Assembly (NCBI GenBank): GCA_964106645.2
Contig: OZ067046.1
Strand: one strand, 5' to 3'
DNA: 64,000 bases
Origin: Podarcis pityusensis
Lineage: Eukaryota
Shown: piece by piece, positions 11,975 through 24,813 of the stretch
Position numbering within the stretch: the stretch's first letter is position 1
Layout of the letters: the number at the start of each line of letters is the position of its first letter
Position numbers and translations under genes: made by a program
The notes under the pieces: generated by a model
The model's input: the letters and a program-made list of their open reading frames with translations, nothing else
What the model was told of the DNA's origin: nothing
Database searches by the model: none

Positions 11975-13140
11975 TGTCAGGAGTCAGAATTAAGCGCAGG
12001 TCAGCGATAAAAAACATGGTGTCAGTGCAGTTAAGTCTTTATTCAAAGAAACCAAAACAGTGCAGGCCTAGTGATCCCAGCAACTCTTCCCTAGGCTTGG
12101 GCAATATATCACCCAGGACTGATAAGAGGGTAAGACTGTGATGGTGGTTTCACTCAGCGGTATATTGCTAGTGAAACCACCACAGTTCCTGAGTCCCTCT
12201 GCTACCAGCACAGCAAGGTAGCAGGCAGGACAGCTTGTTCCTCCCTCCTTTTCTTTAAACTGCTTGGCTGAGGAGCACGTGGCTGCCCTCACCTCAGCCA
12301 AGCAGTGTTATGGAGCCCCCAACCTGCCACCAGCTGGCACGAGCCAGTGGTGGGGTGGGGGCTCCGTTAAACTGCTCCTGCTCCCCAGCTGAGGAAGCAT
12401 TCTTCTACTTGCACACAAGTAGGAGGATTAGGGATCTCAGGCTGATGTGTGCAAATAAGACCCAGTCACTCTAGCATGTGCATGCGCTGGATGAACAGAG
12501 ATTCTGCTTCATGCTGTCTGGCTGAAAGGGCCGTGCCAGCAAAGGCAAAGGGAGCCCTGACGACGGAGCCTGTCAGGTTCAGTCTCAGCACTCCTTCCAT
12601 CTTCAGGCAAGGAAGGGGGAGAGCAAGCAGCCTCTTTCTCTGAGGAAAAGGAAGCCGCTTCCCTGCCCCCCCCCCCACTCCTTGCCAGCAAAGCTGAAGG
12701 AGCCCTGCAAACGGAACCTGTCAGGCTGTGTTTGCAGGGCTCACTCCATCTTGGAGAGTTGAGGGCTAGCTCAGCTGGGGGGTGGGAGCCTTCATGCCAA
12801 GCAGCGGGCTGGGGCCAGCTGCATTCACCCCAGCCTGCAAAGCCCTGGGGTAAAAGCACCTTAGCTCCTGCGCAGTGAGAGCTGAAGCGTTTTCACCCAG
12901 GGTCTCACAGGCTGGGGCCAACACAGCTCTTTCAACATAGCGATATATCACCAAACTGTGATGTTTGGCTGGTGATACACTGCAATGTTGAAAATCTAAT
13001 ATTGCCCAGCCCTAGTCTTGCCCCAATCAAACAGCTGTGAGGACTGAAGGTCCCCACCTTCCTACCACTTTCTAAGGCTCCACCTCTGCAGGGTCTTAAC
13101 CAAGCAGTCGCAAACTGTGTCTGCACAAAACCAATCTCCG
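11975..13140 (-). mobile_element. LTR-like interspersed repeat interrupted by a hAT insertion
   Basis: 11975-12091 plus 13015-13135 align with the uninterrupted copy at 63302-63543; TGTCA terminus and minus-strand AATAAA; distal boundary not resolved. Confidence 0.6.
12092..13014. mobile_element. hAT-like non-autonomous DNA transposon (nested)
   Basis: Inverted termini taggcttgggcaatat ... atattgcccagcccta; GC-rich interior; absent from the paralogous host copy at 63.3 kb. Confidence 0.7.
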
Positions 13141-14072
13141 TTCTTTTCATTTCTCTGCATGTTCTAGGATACCAGGGGGAGGGGAGCTGGTCACAAGAGG
13201 AGGGGAGTCTCCCTCAACTCTGCCTCTTGCCCAACCTCCTCTCCAGCCTCATAGTCAGAACGTTTCTCTGCCACAGCCTCTTCCTGCTCACTAAACTCTG
13301 TTTTCTGCTTCGAACACCACCTCCACCCAGTCTGCTCCTCCTCCTCCCTCGGACCACTCATTGTTGTCCCACCACCAATCCCCTGGCTCTGGGGGTTCCC
13401 CAGGTGGTGCCTCCCACCACTCCTCTGCATCCAGCCAGTCTATGAGAGGGAGCTACTGGGGGAGGGGTGGGAAGCATCCCTTCCATGAACTTTCTTATAT
13501 TCAAATCCAAGACTACCGTAGTTTTAGATAACTCTTCCTCCTTTGGTAGGCCTCCCCACACACACATATACAAACTACTCATCCCACATTGTTCAAGAGA
13601 ATCCCCTGATTCTCCAGATAGACTTTGGTGGGTGCAAGTAGTTATAGAGATTAAGGGACAGGGAACTTCTGTGACCTTGGTGAAGTTAACTTACCTTAGG
13701 ATCCAAGCCTCTGTGGAAAGATGTCTAGATTCCCTTGGGAAATTAGTAAACAACTGCCTGGTTATTATATGAAAATACAGTCATGTACAAGAGATATGGG
13801 GGAAGGAAGATATGGGGAAATGATCAGAGCTTAACTGTAGCTGATTGACAAGCTAACCAAATAAATAGTAAGTTAGAATAATTTGCATTTCTATAGAACA
13901 TTCAAGTGCTCAAAGTACTCCATATGCATATTGAGTTGTAGTCTCTACAACAACCTGTAAGCAACCTATTTTTAACTTCAAAGGACTATTATTTAACAAG
14001 CTTTTCCAGCTAAGTAAAAATGAAAGCTGCTCAATTTTTTTTCTTTAAATGCATCCATTTGTCCTGTTTAAG

Positions 14073-14179
14073 GTTTCAGGTTCTGTATAACTATACTCCT
14101 AGGAACGAAGATGAATTGGAGCTCAGAGAGGGAGATGTCATTGATGTGATGGAAAAATGTGATGATGGATGGTTTGTGG
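14073..14179 (+). CDS. SORBS2: SORBS2 exon, first part of third SH3 domain ([36 protein letters not shown])
   Basis: SH3 motifs; tttaag acceptor, G|gtatgt donor; phases 2-1 fit neighbouring exons. Confidence 0.96.
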
Positions 14180-15394
14180 GTATGTTAATTTTAAATTTAG
14201 TAGTGCTCTAGGATATATGTGCTACCTCAGAGACTGCATAGCAGGATACTCTCAGTACTTTGTGGCTGGCAAATCAGACTTCATGAGATACCTGCAGTGA
14301 CACTAAACCTGTTAGAATCTTTTCAAAAACCTTTGGTATGAATTGTATCACACTGTTTAGAAAGAATGTGGCAAGCATTAATTCCTTCACACACACAATG
14401 CATATCATCCCCTTAACCAGAGTTCTGCAGATGCTGTAAAGCATGCATGGAGCTTGCACAAAGGGCCAGCTCCAAAAAATGTTTTGAGCTTCCCAAATCC
14501 CATAATCATTTGTATCTGAGTCACTGATAATGCAGCAGTATGCCCACCAATGTAGGGTGTTTGGGCTCTTGCATCCCAAGCATGAGCTGTTGACTGGCAA
14601 GGTTTACAGATGACCACTATATGAGACCTGGCCAAGTCAGAGGCAGTGTGTATTCATCTTCGTGCTTCTAACTGGTGGGATTGCTTGCTTGACATGAGAG
14701 CACACCCTCAGAATTCTCTTGCACCACTGAGATTGCAATATTCAGAACTCAGTGGCTCCCTCGTGTTACACCTCAGCAAATGCCTGGCATTGACACATGC
14801 TAAGCATTGGTCATAGAAGGCTTCCCCATTAACTTCGATGGAACAAGCATTTGAGTAACACTTGTTCCCTGTTAAGAAAGCACTGTCCAACAAAACTGAA
14901 TATAGGACTTGGGAAGAACCATGGATGATATCAGAGGTTTCTTCGAAGCTTCAACTGCATCTACCTGTACTGCTGAAGAGGCAAGCTGCATTTTAAAAAC
15001 ATCTTGCCTCCTCATCAATGTGAGCTGCTGTAATTAAAACTTCCAAGAGTTCTATGTTTTTCCTGTTTTGCACCTGCAGCTTAGGTGTAGGAAACTTTGA
15101 CTCTCCAAATATTGCTGAACTACAGCCCCCATTATCTCTCACCACTAGCCATGCTGGCTGGGGTTGAAGGGAATTGTAGCTCAGTGACACCTGGAGGGCT
15201 AAAGGTTCCCCAAACCTACCATGGCTTTATTGAATGTGATATTTAATTCCCTTTTGCAATGTATTATTCCATGTTTTCCAAATTACATAGCTGAATATAC
15301 TAATGAAGGATGCTAAAATGAAATGTAACTATCTTCTCTAGAGAGCAATATGTTACCACTACTGCCATGTTTCACTTATTACTTCTACTTTCAG

Positions 15395-15456
15395 GAACCT
15401 CCAGAAGAACAAAATTCTTTGGTACTTTCCCTGGAAACTATGTCAAGAGGCTGTGA
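15395..15456 (+). CDS. SORBS2: SORBS2 last coding exon ([19 protein letters not shown])
   Basis: tttcag acceptor; C-terminus matches ArgBP2 (KFFG...VKRL) rather than SORBS1 (KQFG...VKPLYL); TGA 15454-15456. Confidence 0.97.
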
Positions 15457-17800
15457 AATGTTGCTTATTTTTTTCCTACTTATTTATGCTGCATTTCTGC
15501 AACACATCTGCATATAAAGCTGCTAGAAAACATGCTCCACCAGTCTTCTGTTATGCTGCTTCGCAATTCCAGGTAGAAGTCATCTAGTTCATCCTCACCA
15601 TTCCCATCCTCATCCGCCAGCCAGCAGTATTACCGTTAACAGCTACAATGGGATAACTCAGCTTTTATGAAACAAGAGTTCAACCTTTAGTACATCTCTT
15701 TCTGTGTGCGTTAAATATTTGCCTGCCCCTACCAATCTGAAATCTGCCAAGAAGAAAAAGCTTAATGGAAGGTACTTTGTGACACTCCAAGTGGTTATCC
15801 ATATTATTTGAGGGAAATTGCAGTACTGTCCTTAAGAAAAATGTTTTATCTTCTTTCACCTCATATATAGAACAGGTTGTAGCTTACTACTTTTCAACCA
15901 TTGTTTTGAGTTTTCACATTCTTTTTAAGCTCAGCAGCATATGTTGCTTTTACGTTGCTGTCTCACACATTTGCCTGTTTTTAACTCATTTGCAATATAG
16001 AATAATCACTCAGACATATAGCTTCCATGGCCTTGTATGTTGCAACATATGCAGAGTGGTTATAAAATTTTGAGCAGGAATAATTCAAAAGGGGAATTGC
16101 TCTTAATAGTTGACAAGCCATGACTTCTGGTTGGATCTCAAAGATTTCATGAGGCTTGAGTGAATGGAGGTCATACATTGGTTAAATCCCCCGTTTCCAC
16201 AGCTAAGAGCAGCTTCATGCATGAAGCTATTTGCAAATACATAAGCACAACTTGCACTTCCTGCATCTGTACACATTAATGTCCGGGAGGGCATGCAAAT
16301 GTTCCTAAAGCAGTGTTCTCTCTCCATAGAGAAAATATGTGAGTCATACATTAATGATGTGCACAAAGACAGGAAGCAGATGAAATGCATCTTCTGTATT
16401 TGCATATGTTAATGCCCTAAGTCAGGAGAGAAGTATGCATGTCTTTGCAAGAAGAAGTAGATCTTCCTATTGCAAGTGCAGCATACACCTCTGTCTCTCT
16501 CTACAGGGAAAATGTTCAAAGGCCCCACTTCCAACATCAGCGATATGGGCAAACTTATCCCAAAGGAATCCATGTTTACTGCTTAATATTAAAGAAGTGT
16601 ACTAAACAAAACAAAAATACTGGGAAACAATTAAGCAAACCAATAATGAAATTGTTGATGTCGTATGCTTCTCTACTACATCAAAAATACCCTGAGTTCA
16701 ACAGAATATCTGAAAGTCTAGTACAGTATTCAACATTCATTTATCATACAAAGTTTCTGCAACAAAAAAACCAATATCCAGTGCACAATTTTACTGCAAC
16801 ACCGAGTTGGGGGAATTCTGCAGAAAGTATCACACAATGCTTTTATTTATTTTTTCCTACATATGTATACACATACATTTATAAACCTGAACAATATTTT
16901 CTTCCTGGCCCTCCAGCGTTAAAAGAAAGAAACAGAAAGGCACAAAAATGAACACAGGTACATGTGGGTGGATGTAATGAAATAGTATTACATCTGAATA
17001 TAGTATTTGTTTTCCTTATGCAAAGAGAGGCGTCAATAGTGTATGAGGGAAAACACAGGATTTCCCGCATCTATGGCTTTATGTAAGAGTCCAGATTTGG
17101 TTTTGCTGGCACCATATAGAAGGCAAAAACAAAACAAAACTCTTTTCTGGGTAAAGGACAGATCTTCTCACAAATATTTGTAGTCTTGTAGCATTTTGTA
17201 CATATGTTTGGGTTTTTTGTACAGAGCCATTTTATTGTTGGGGTTTTTTTTGAAGAAGAAGAAAACCTACCCCCTTCCACTAATAAATATCAACATTTCC
17301 TCGTCTTCTTTACCCCGTCCTCCTCCCAATGTATAAGCACATTTGGATAGTGCAATTCTGTAAAATAGCATTTGCTGCAAAAGTTTTATGAAGTATAATA
17401 TGGTTTTACCAGCCAAATCTTTAAAAATGTACATATGTCTTTATTATGGAGAAATGTCAGTAAGACAGACAATAAATCATATTTGTGCAGCATACCTTTA
17501 TTACTGCAAATTTCATGGCAAAAGCTTTATATTTCAAAGGCTTTCCATTATAAACTAGATGTGCATGCAGCTTTGCTGTGAAATCAATACCTATCTTTGA
17601 TGCCATTTATGATGGAAGACTTAAATGTCTGTTGCCTGTGATATTTTAAAAAAGCACTGTTTCTATTCTCTATCTGATTTTAATAGAACATTTTTCATAC
17701 CTGGCTTTCAGGTAATTGACTTTGAATTATTACATGCAAAGGGTCTCTGTGTTTTTTCCCTTGAATAGACTTCTAATAAAATTTGCTTGGAGTACACTGG
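15457..17800 (+). other. SORBS2: SORBS2 3'UTR with candidate polyA signals
   Basis: AT-rich stretch with no repeats I can recognise; AATAAA at 17282, 17471, 17775; Pumilio-type TGTACATA at 17197 and 17428; end is approximate. Confidence 0.65.
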
Positions 17801-17940
17801 TATGCCTTTTTGATTAGCATCCTTACTGGAAAGCATCACACATTTAAGTTGAATATGCTGGAATTAAAATCCTGAACAGCAAGGTTCATTATCCTATAAA
17901 CAACAGAGGCACCAGAGAAAGCAATGACACAGTGCCTTTT

Positions 17941-17963
17941 CTGCTGCTGCTGCTGCTGCTGCT
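17941..17963. repeat. (CTG)n microsatellite
   Basis: Direct reading. Confidence 0.9.
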
Positions 17964-17985
17964 TCTACAACAAATAGGATATCAT

Positions 17986-18349
17986 TTACCCAGTGTGGTT
18001 CCTCTTTATCACATAAACAGGACAATGGCCTATATCCACCAACAGAATACAAATAAATATGGCTAACTTGACCCAACAACCTACCCCACCGCACAAACAT
18101 GCAAACAAGCCACACTGCAACCAACTGAACGAAACCAACTGAATTCTGAACCTTCCAACCTCTCACAATGGCAATATCTAAACAAAGGACCTATCCACGT
18201 GTCACACTAGGCAACAGAATGAAAGAACAACACCCCCATCTTTCTCCTTTCCTCTTTCTCCCCTTCTCATTTCCCCCAACTGTAATTTTCTCTGTTTATT
18301 TGCCTGTTTTGTAACACAAGAAAAACTTTAATTAAAAACTAATTTTAAA
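17986..18349 (+). mobile_element. 5'-truncated L1-like LINE 3' end with target-site duplication
   Basis: AAATAGGATATCAT at 17972-17985 and 18350-18363; A-rich tail; similar to 23555-23998. Confidence 0.75.
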
Positions 18350-19457
18350 AAATAGGATATCATGACCCCAGGCAATGATGTAATCTGGGGAAATAAAGAG
18401 ACTGTAAGAATATAGGCATTATGCTGAAGCTAAGCACGGCACACATGCACAGCTAGCAGGAAAACGGTCACACTTTATGGCTGATCTGTGTGTTCAGGAA
18501 AAACAAAGTATAGTTCTTATACCACACATCAGTCTACAAAGCTCAGAGTATTTTAAATGCAAAGAAAGAAACCTCACAGCAAATGTTTCATCCATTTTTA
18601 TCAGGAATAATCACAGAGAGAAAAATGGGTGGAGATAGTATATGGCATCATTGTGTCATACAAAAGTGTTGAATGGCAAATGCTGATGATAGCCATACTG
18701 TATGCAGCAATTGCTTCCCATCCATTAAACATGACTCATCTTCAAGCATGGGGAATAAGAAAGGGAGTAATAATAAACAACAAAGTGTTAAGCTGCTCTA
18801 CAAATACAGTATATTTTCTTGGCCATAGAATCCTGGACTCTGAAGCACTGCAGCGAATCTGTGTCCCACATTTTAATATTGGCATGTCCCAACAGCCCTG
18901 CATAGCATTCAAAGGAGCATCATGCATACTTTGCTAAAGGGTTTATTCCTAAAATGACCACTTCACAATAATTAATTTTGTGCACAGAGTGCTACTGTCT
19001 GGCTTTTAAAGTGCTAGAAGGTCCCTATAGAAAGTGGAGCTTTAAGTCAGGCCTGCCCACCTGTCAAAATAGTCCTCCACCACTCTAGCCTCTTCTTAAT
19101 TCTTTTGCACATTTTCTGACTTTCCCTATGCTAATCTGTCACAAACAATAGTAGAAGTTAACCACTTCATTATCACCTCTTACCTGCAGAGCAAGTAAGG
19201 TTTGCCAATTACTGTGATGCATCAGCAGGTTTCCTAATTGTTGCTCCTTTAAAAAAGGTCCTGGAGCTGTGCTCCCCTCCATTCTCCCTCCACTATACAG
19301 TCTGTGTTAGTTAGAGCATGGTGCTATTAACACCAAGGTTGCAGGTTAAAGTAAAGTGAATAATTTAAATCCTAGAAATGGCTAGATTCTAAATAAAAAA
19401 TTTCTTCGGGACTCTTAAGTATGATGGCATACAAGGTACAACATTTGAGACCTTCAA

Positions 19458-19582
19458 ATTAGCTCAGTTGGTTAGAGTGTGATGCTGATAAGGGTTTAAT
19501 CCCCATACAGAAGAGCTGCATTGCAGGGGGCTGGACTAGATGAGCTTTGGGGATCTCTTCCAACTCTGTAATTCTATGATTA
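19458..19582 (+). mobile_element. tRNA-derived SINE with CR1-like tail
   Basis: tagctcagttggttagag A-box head; ttccaactct...attctatgatt CR1-type end; related head fragment at ~19305-19348. Confidence 0.7.
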
Positions 19583-19929
19583 AACTATTTTACTTGGTTT
19601 AAAAATCTAATTTTTATTTGACCCCTCAGCTTTTGTTACATGCCAAGCACTGCCTGCAAATAAATACGGTTTAGTTATTTGGTGGGAAATCAGTTATTAT
19701 GGTGTAAGTATTACAATTTAAGCAATAGTGTGGGAAGATGTCAAGGCAAGCAAAGCCTGTATCTCAGCAATGACAATTTAAAAACAATCTGATATTTCAC
19801 AAAAGAGTGGAGGAAAGCACCAGCTGGAGCATTATGCTGTCCTTGTTTGTATGTTTTATCCTTCATTCCACAATCTAGACCCTATCTTACTTTACCTAGA
19901 AATATTTTTTAAATTCATGTATTGTGCCT

Positions 19930-20070
19930 ACACTTCACACATTTAAAGCACCTCATTTGCCCCGAAGAATCCTCATAACTGTAGTTTGCTACAGGTGCTG
20001 GGAATTGTAGCTCTGCGAGGGGTAAGCTCTAGCTCCCAGGATCCTCTGAGACAAATAATGTGTTCTAAAG
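19930..20070. mobile_element. Palindromic MITE (gggaattgtag/ctacaattccc family)
   Basis: Same internal motifs as 29208-29370 and 40942-41254. Confidence 0.6.
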
Positions 20071-20084
20071 TTTGCATTGCTCTC

Positions 20085-20250
20085 TCCTCCACCTGCAATA
20101 TGTTCCTTACTAACAACCTTGTGAGGTAGGTTATGCATGGGGAAAGTGACTACTCCAAGGTCGGCCAGTGAATTTCATGAATGGATGAGGAATTTGAACT
20201 TCAGTCTACCTAATCGCAGTCTAACACATTAACCATTAGACTACACTGGC
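20085..20250 (-). mobile_element. MIR-like/ancient SINE fragment
   Basis: aacaaccttgtgaggtagg...ccaaggtc...gaatttgaac core; related copies at ~37240-37390 (-) and ~30560-30690 (+). Confidence 0.6.
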
Positions 20251-21224
20251 TTCAACAAAGGGAAGGAACTGCAGAGAAATCAGACCAGCCAAGAATACAT
20301 CAATAGGCCAAAGAAATTGGAGTAATAACTCCTTATACTGTATAACCTTTTCTGGCCAAGTTTGTACAGTAAACTCTGCAAATCAGAGACATATCCTTGT
20401 TGGCTATAGATTCCTCCAATAACCCTCAACAGCCTGGCAGTGTGGTTTGACCAAAACTAATCCTCTCCATTCACTACACAGAAGTTGGTGGGAAGTTTCT
20501 ACAGTTCTTATATAATGCAGTAGGAATTCTTTAATGCCTGCAATGGGTTAACAGGAACATGGGGTGCACCTTTAAAAAACAAAATGACCTGTCACCAAAC
20601 ATGAAATAGCACAGAGCTATCTGAAGAAGCATTAAGTAAGCATCTTTCCAACAGGGTTTTAGGTCACTGCTATTTTTATTCCCTTGGAAGAGTTGCAGGT
20701 ATGTTAGTGGGGTAGCCTTGAAACTGGCAGAGTTGTGACAACCGACAAAATATAAGCGTTTAGCTACTGAACTGTCCTTCAGACAATGCCTTATTCTTAA
20801 ATGTGCAAGGCAAAATGTGTTCATTTGGCTATACCCCCGAAAACATCAATTCAAATTCCTTTGTACACTTAAAGCTCATGAAATACTAAGTTTGTTTCAA
20901 GTTCCTGCCAAACTGACAGTCAGCTACATGTGGTTACATTCAAAGTAACACTAAAATGCTGCAAAGGCTCTCAAAGTGAGAACCAGTTCAAATTTATTCT
21001 TGTATTCTTGTATTCTTATAATTCTTATAATAATACAGCTATAAAACTTGTGACAAGCTCATCATTTAATATGAACAAATTAAGTGGACAAAAGGAACTA
21101 AGATGCAAAACACTCCTCTGTACAATTGCCTTAAGGAAAAGTCACCTCTCAAAATCATAATTTAGAGCCAAAAAAAAACAACCAAAAGAATCAAATCACA
21201 TATACAGAAAGAAGCTTTTTGATT

Positions 21225-21710
21225 TTGGAAAAAGGCAAGAAAGGGGAGGGCATGACAGAGGTGTACAAAACTATGCCTCGTGTGCAGAAAGCAGATACAG
21301 TGAAGTTTTGCCTTCCTCTCTCCAAGGTCATCTAACAAAGCTGAATGTTGGAAGACTCAGACCAGATAAAAGGAAGTACTTCTTCACTCAGTGCATAGTT
21401 AATAGTATGGAATTCACCTTCAGAAAATGTAGTGGTCACCAACTTGGGTGGCTTTAAAAGGAGCTTTGACAGATTCGTGGAGGATAAATCTATCAGTGAC
21501 TACTAGTCATGATGGCTGCGTACTACTTCCAGTATCAAATGCATTACATCTGAACACCAGTTGCTGGGGAACACAAGTGGGGAGAGTGCTGTTAAACTCA
21601 TGTCCTGTTTGTGGGCTTCACACCGACACCTGGTTGGCCACTGTGAGAACAGGATGCGGGACTACATGGATCTTTGGTTTGAGCCAACAAAACTAGTCTT
21701 TATGTTCTTA
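21225..21710 (+). mobile_element. CR1 LINE 3' fragment
   Basis: Degenerate CR1 ORF2 end (gaggtgtacaaaactatg...aaaaggaagtacttcttcac...ttaaaaggagctttgacagattc) plus tail ending tttatgttctta. Confidence 0.75.
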
Positions 21711-21922
21711 GGGAGTTTTTTTCACAGCTGCCATAAATTTTTATCTGTTTAAAAATCAAACTCAAGTGGCCTTTGGAATACACTTAGATCAGTTTAAATC
21801 AACAGATAAGCAGATGGTTAGTGAGGTAAACATAGGTCATCTGGAGGCAATTACCCCAAAGCCTGTAATTTGGCCTGTAAGCTACTAGTTGCTGTCCACT
21901 GGCACAATGCACAACCACATTA

Positions 21923-22288
21923 CAGTGGTGCCCCGCAAGACGAATGCCTCGCAAGACGGAAAACCCGCTAGACGAAAGGGTTTTCCGTTTCTGAGTTGCT
22001 TCGCAGGACGAATTTCCCTATGGGCTTGCTTCGCAAGACGAAAATGTCTTGCAAGTCTTGAGATTTTTTTTTCGCTTTTCGCCCCCTTTATCTAATCTGC
22101 TAAGCCTTTAATAGCCTTTAATAGCCTTTTAGCAGCTAATCCGCTAAGCCTTTTAGCCTTTAATAGCCGCTAAACCGCTAATAGCGCTAATCCGTTAAGC
22201 CGCTAATAGGGTTGCTTCGCAAGACGAAAAAACCGCTAGACGAAGACTCTCGCGGAACGGATTAATTTCGTCTTGCGAGGCACCACTG
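21923..22288. mobile_element. Tc1/mariner (Tigger/pogo-like) MITE
   Basis: TA|cagtggtgccccgcaagacgaa ... ttcgtcttgcgaggcaccactg|TA; CpG-rich; internal short tandem repeats. Confidence 0.9.
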
Positions 22289-22479
22289 TATTGGCAACCT
22301 CTTATTTCCACCAAGAGAGAAGATTGTAAGATAATTGGAGGTGTGCATAATTATTTTCAAACATGTGATTTGCCACCCTTCCACAATCCACAAATACATA
22401 CAAAATGAAAACACTGCACCGTGTCAAACAATAAAATCTAAACTGCAGATAAAAGCAGTAAAGTATAAAAGGTACAGTT

Positions 22480-22835
22480 GTTAAAAATGGTTAAAAAGCT
22501 CTAGAAAACAAGATAAAAAGAGTTTTGCCTGGTGCCTACCAAAAGAATGTTTTTTCACTCCCTAATCACTTCAAATGGCAGGGGCACCCAGATAAAAGCC
22601 TCTGATTTTGATCTTTGTGTACAGGCAGGCTAACGTAATCCTTCAGGTATCCAGACATCAATCCATTTGGGGCTTTAAATGCAAGCACCAGCATTTGAAT
22701 TGTTCTTGGAAACATACCAGGAGTCAGCACAGTTGTTTTGGGCATTGGAAAAGCACAGGCTAATAGCTGTATTTTGTATTAACAACAGTTTCTGAATAGT
22801 CTACAAGGGCAGCCCTGCATACAACACATTACAAA
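22480..22835 (-). mobile_element. Degenerate L2-like LINE fragment
   Basis: ggggctttaaatgcaagcaccagcatttgaatt...caagggcagccc is the reverse complement of motifs in the L2 copy at 60790-61275. Confidence 0.5.
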
Positions 22836-23554
22836 AGCCAGCTCTACCATTAGGCAGATTGAGACAGACATCATTAGGTCAAGTGCTGAGGGTCAGGGAA
22901 TGACAGAGCTTTGTGTGCCCCACACAGCCTGCTCTGTGCCACCAAAGCTAGCCTGTTGTATTCAGGTACAATGGAGGATGTTGTCTCATTGCTAGTGCCA
23001 AAAAAATTTGACTACAAGTCTGGCTGGCTTTTCTACATGAAATACGGTGAGGCACCACCATCTTGCGCTTCTCCTGAGTCAGCAAAATGTCTTTGGTCAC
23101 TCCTGCATTGCAGCAGTGAAATCTGGTTGCATGGTTGACAGCCTTCCTCAACCTCAGGTCCCCACATGCTGTTGCACTACAGCCCCATCGTCTCTCATCA
23201 TCTGCCGTGCTGGCTGTGGATAACAGGAGCTGGAGACCCAAGTCTAGGAAAGGCTGCTCTACTGAAAGCACTCTTATCTCACTTTTGTTGTTGTTGTTGT
23301 AGTATGGATGGAGAGTGTCTTCAAAAGGATGACACTTTGCACTAACAAGATACTGTCAGCGCAACAGAAAGCAGTTGCCCATCTTTGCCACTGTATCAGG
23401 AAAGGGGGGAGCTATGTTGAAGCTCTATTTGAGGTATTCACTGGGGGAAAATGGATATCCATTTCAATTATACTATCTCAAGCTAAACACAAGTGTCACT
23501 GCTTAATGCTACCATTTAAGCTAACTCACCTTCAGAGAAATACACACAGCTTCC

Positions 23555-23998
23555 TGGTGTGGCTCCCCTTCATTACATACACAACCCTACAAAACAACAA
23601 GAACCCACCGACAGCATACCCATCAATATGGCTAACTTAACCCAACAACCCTCTGCCTCACACACGCAAACAAAACACACTGCAGTCAACTGAAGGCCCT
23701 CCAACCTCTTTTACCACCAATGAAAACTAATAAATTAATAGAAAGAGAACCTACTCATGTGACGCTGACATAAAAACCTTGCACATACGCTATGTAAAAG
23801 AAAGTTCACTACCCCCCTTCTCTTTCCCCCCTCACTCCCCACCTCTCTTCTCTCCCAACCTTATACTGTCTGTAACATTAGTGTCTCACATTGAATATAA
23901 CTGATCTGTATAAAGGATTATATGAACAGAAAGCAGAGACACTGTATGTACTTTCCTAACCCAATAAAATCTTTAATAAAAACATTTTTTTGAAAAAA
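23555..23998 (+). mobile_element. L1-like LINE 3' end
   Basis: ORF end WLPFITY...IWLT*, same family as 17986-18349; AATAAA/A-rich tail; imperfect flanking duplication ending acagcttc. Confidence 0.65.
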
Positions 23999-24265
23999 GA
24001 AACCTATACAGCTTCTGAGAGTTCACCAAGCATTGCTGTCATGTTTTCAGTCTTCTCAGTCTATCTTTAAAGCCTACAAAACTCTATCCTTAAAGACAAT
24101 AAAACTCACTTTATATCAGTGCAGAAGAAATAAGATAAAGATTTTTACTGGTGGTTAATTGTGTTTGGAAATGATAGTGTTTCCTACTTTGAGTCTTCAA
24201 GAATGAGGTGGGGTAAAAGGTCTAAATACATAAATAAAATACTTTTACAAAATGCAATTGCTGAA

Positions 24266-24299
<34 letters not shown>

Positions 24300-24813
24300 T
24301 GTGTCTGCCCACCCTACATGTCATGCAACATGTTTGAATCCAATAAGAAACTCAAGGAGAGAAAATGAAACTGCAGTGCCAAAGGACATAGGCAGCTCCA
24401 GGAAAGGGCTATTTATGCTCTGCAGTTCTGCACAACTTAGCTCTGTAGCAAGCGCTGATTCCGGGATCTTGTGTACAATGTGGAATTCTGGGAATGTAGT
24501 CTGTGATAATCCATGGTTGGGTGATGTCATATCTAATCTAGGTTCTGGTACACAGAGGTTTCCCCTGGAGCAAAATAGCATTCACTTGCTGAGTGGCACT
24601 GCAGAACTGCTCCTGAGTGACAACGTGGAACGTGTTAAGTTTCTTTTTTGCTCTGCACACTTCGTTGGTCAGCTCAGCAGTACATTTTGTCCCAGAATAG
24701 TTACATGGTGACACAGATGCCAACTATTGGTTCTTTTTCTGGACTCCCAAAAAAAATCTCTTAAAAAAAAATAAAAAAAGAACTACAACAAAAGAGCTGT
24801 TGTGATTGTAGTA

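Noticed and set aside
12068-13772. Dense overlapping ORFs on both strands
   Set aside because: By-product of GC-rich transposon interiors in a SORBS2 intron
14180-14211. Read-through past the SH3-3 exon donor giving ...[10 protein letters not shown]
   Set aside because: Ordinary intron start; nothing in the sequence supports a retained-intron isoform
16439-16951. 170-aa ORF
   Set aside because: Lies in the AT-rich SORBS2 3'UTR with no recognisable domain; probably chance
21930-22290. CRISPR-like regularly recurring short repeats
   Set aside because: Vertebrate DNA; the repeats are internal to a TA-flanked TIR element, unevenly spaced, with no cas genes
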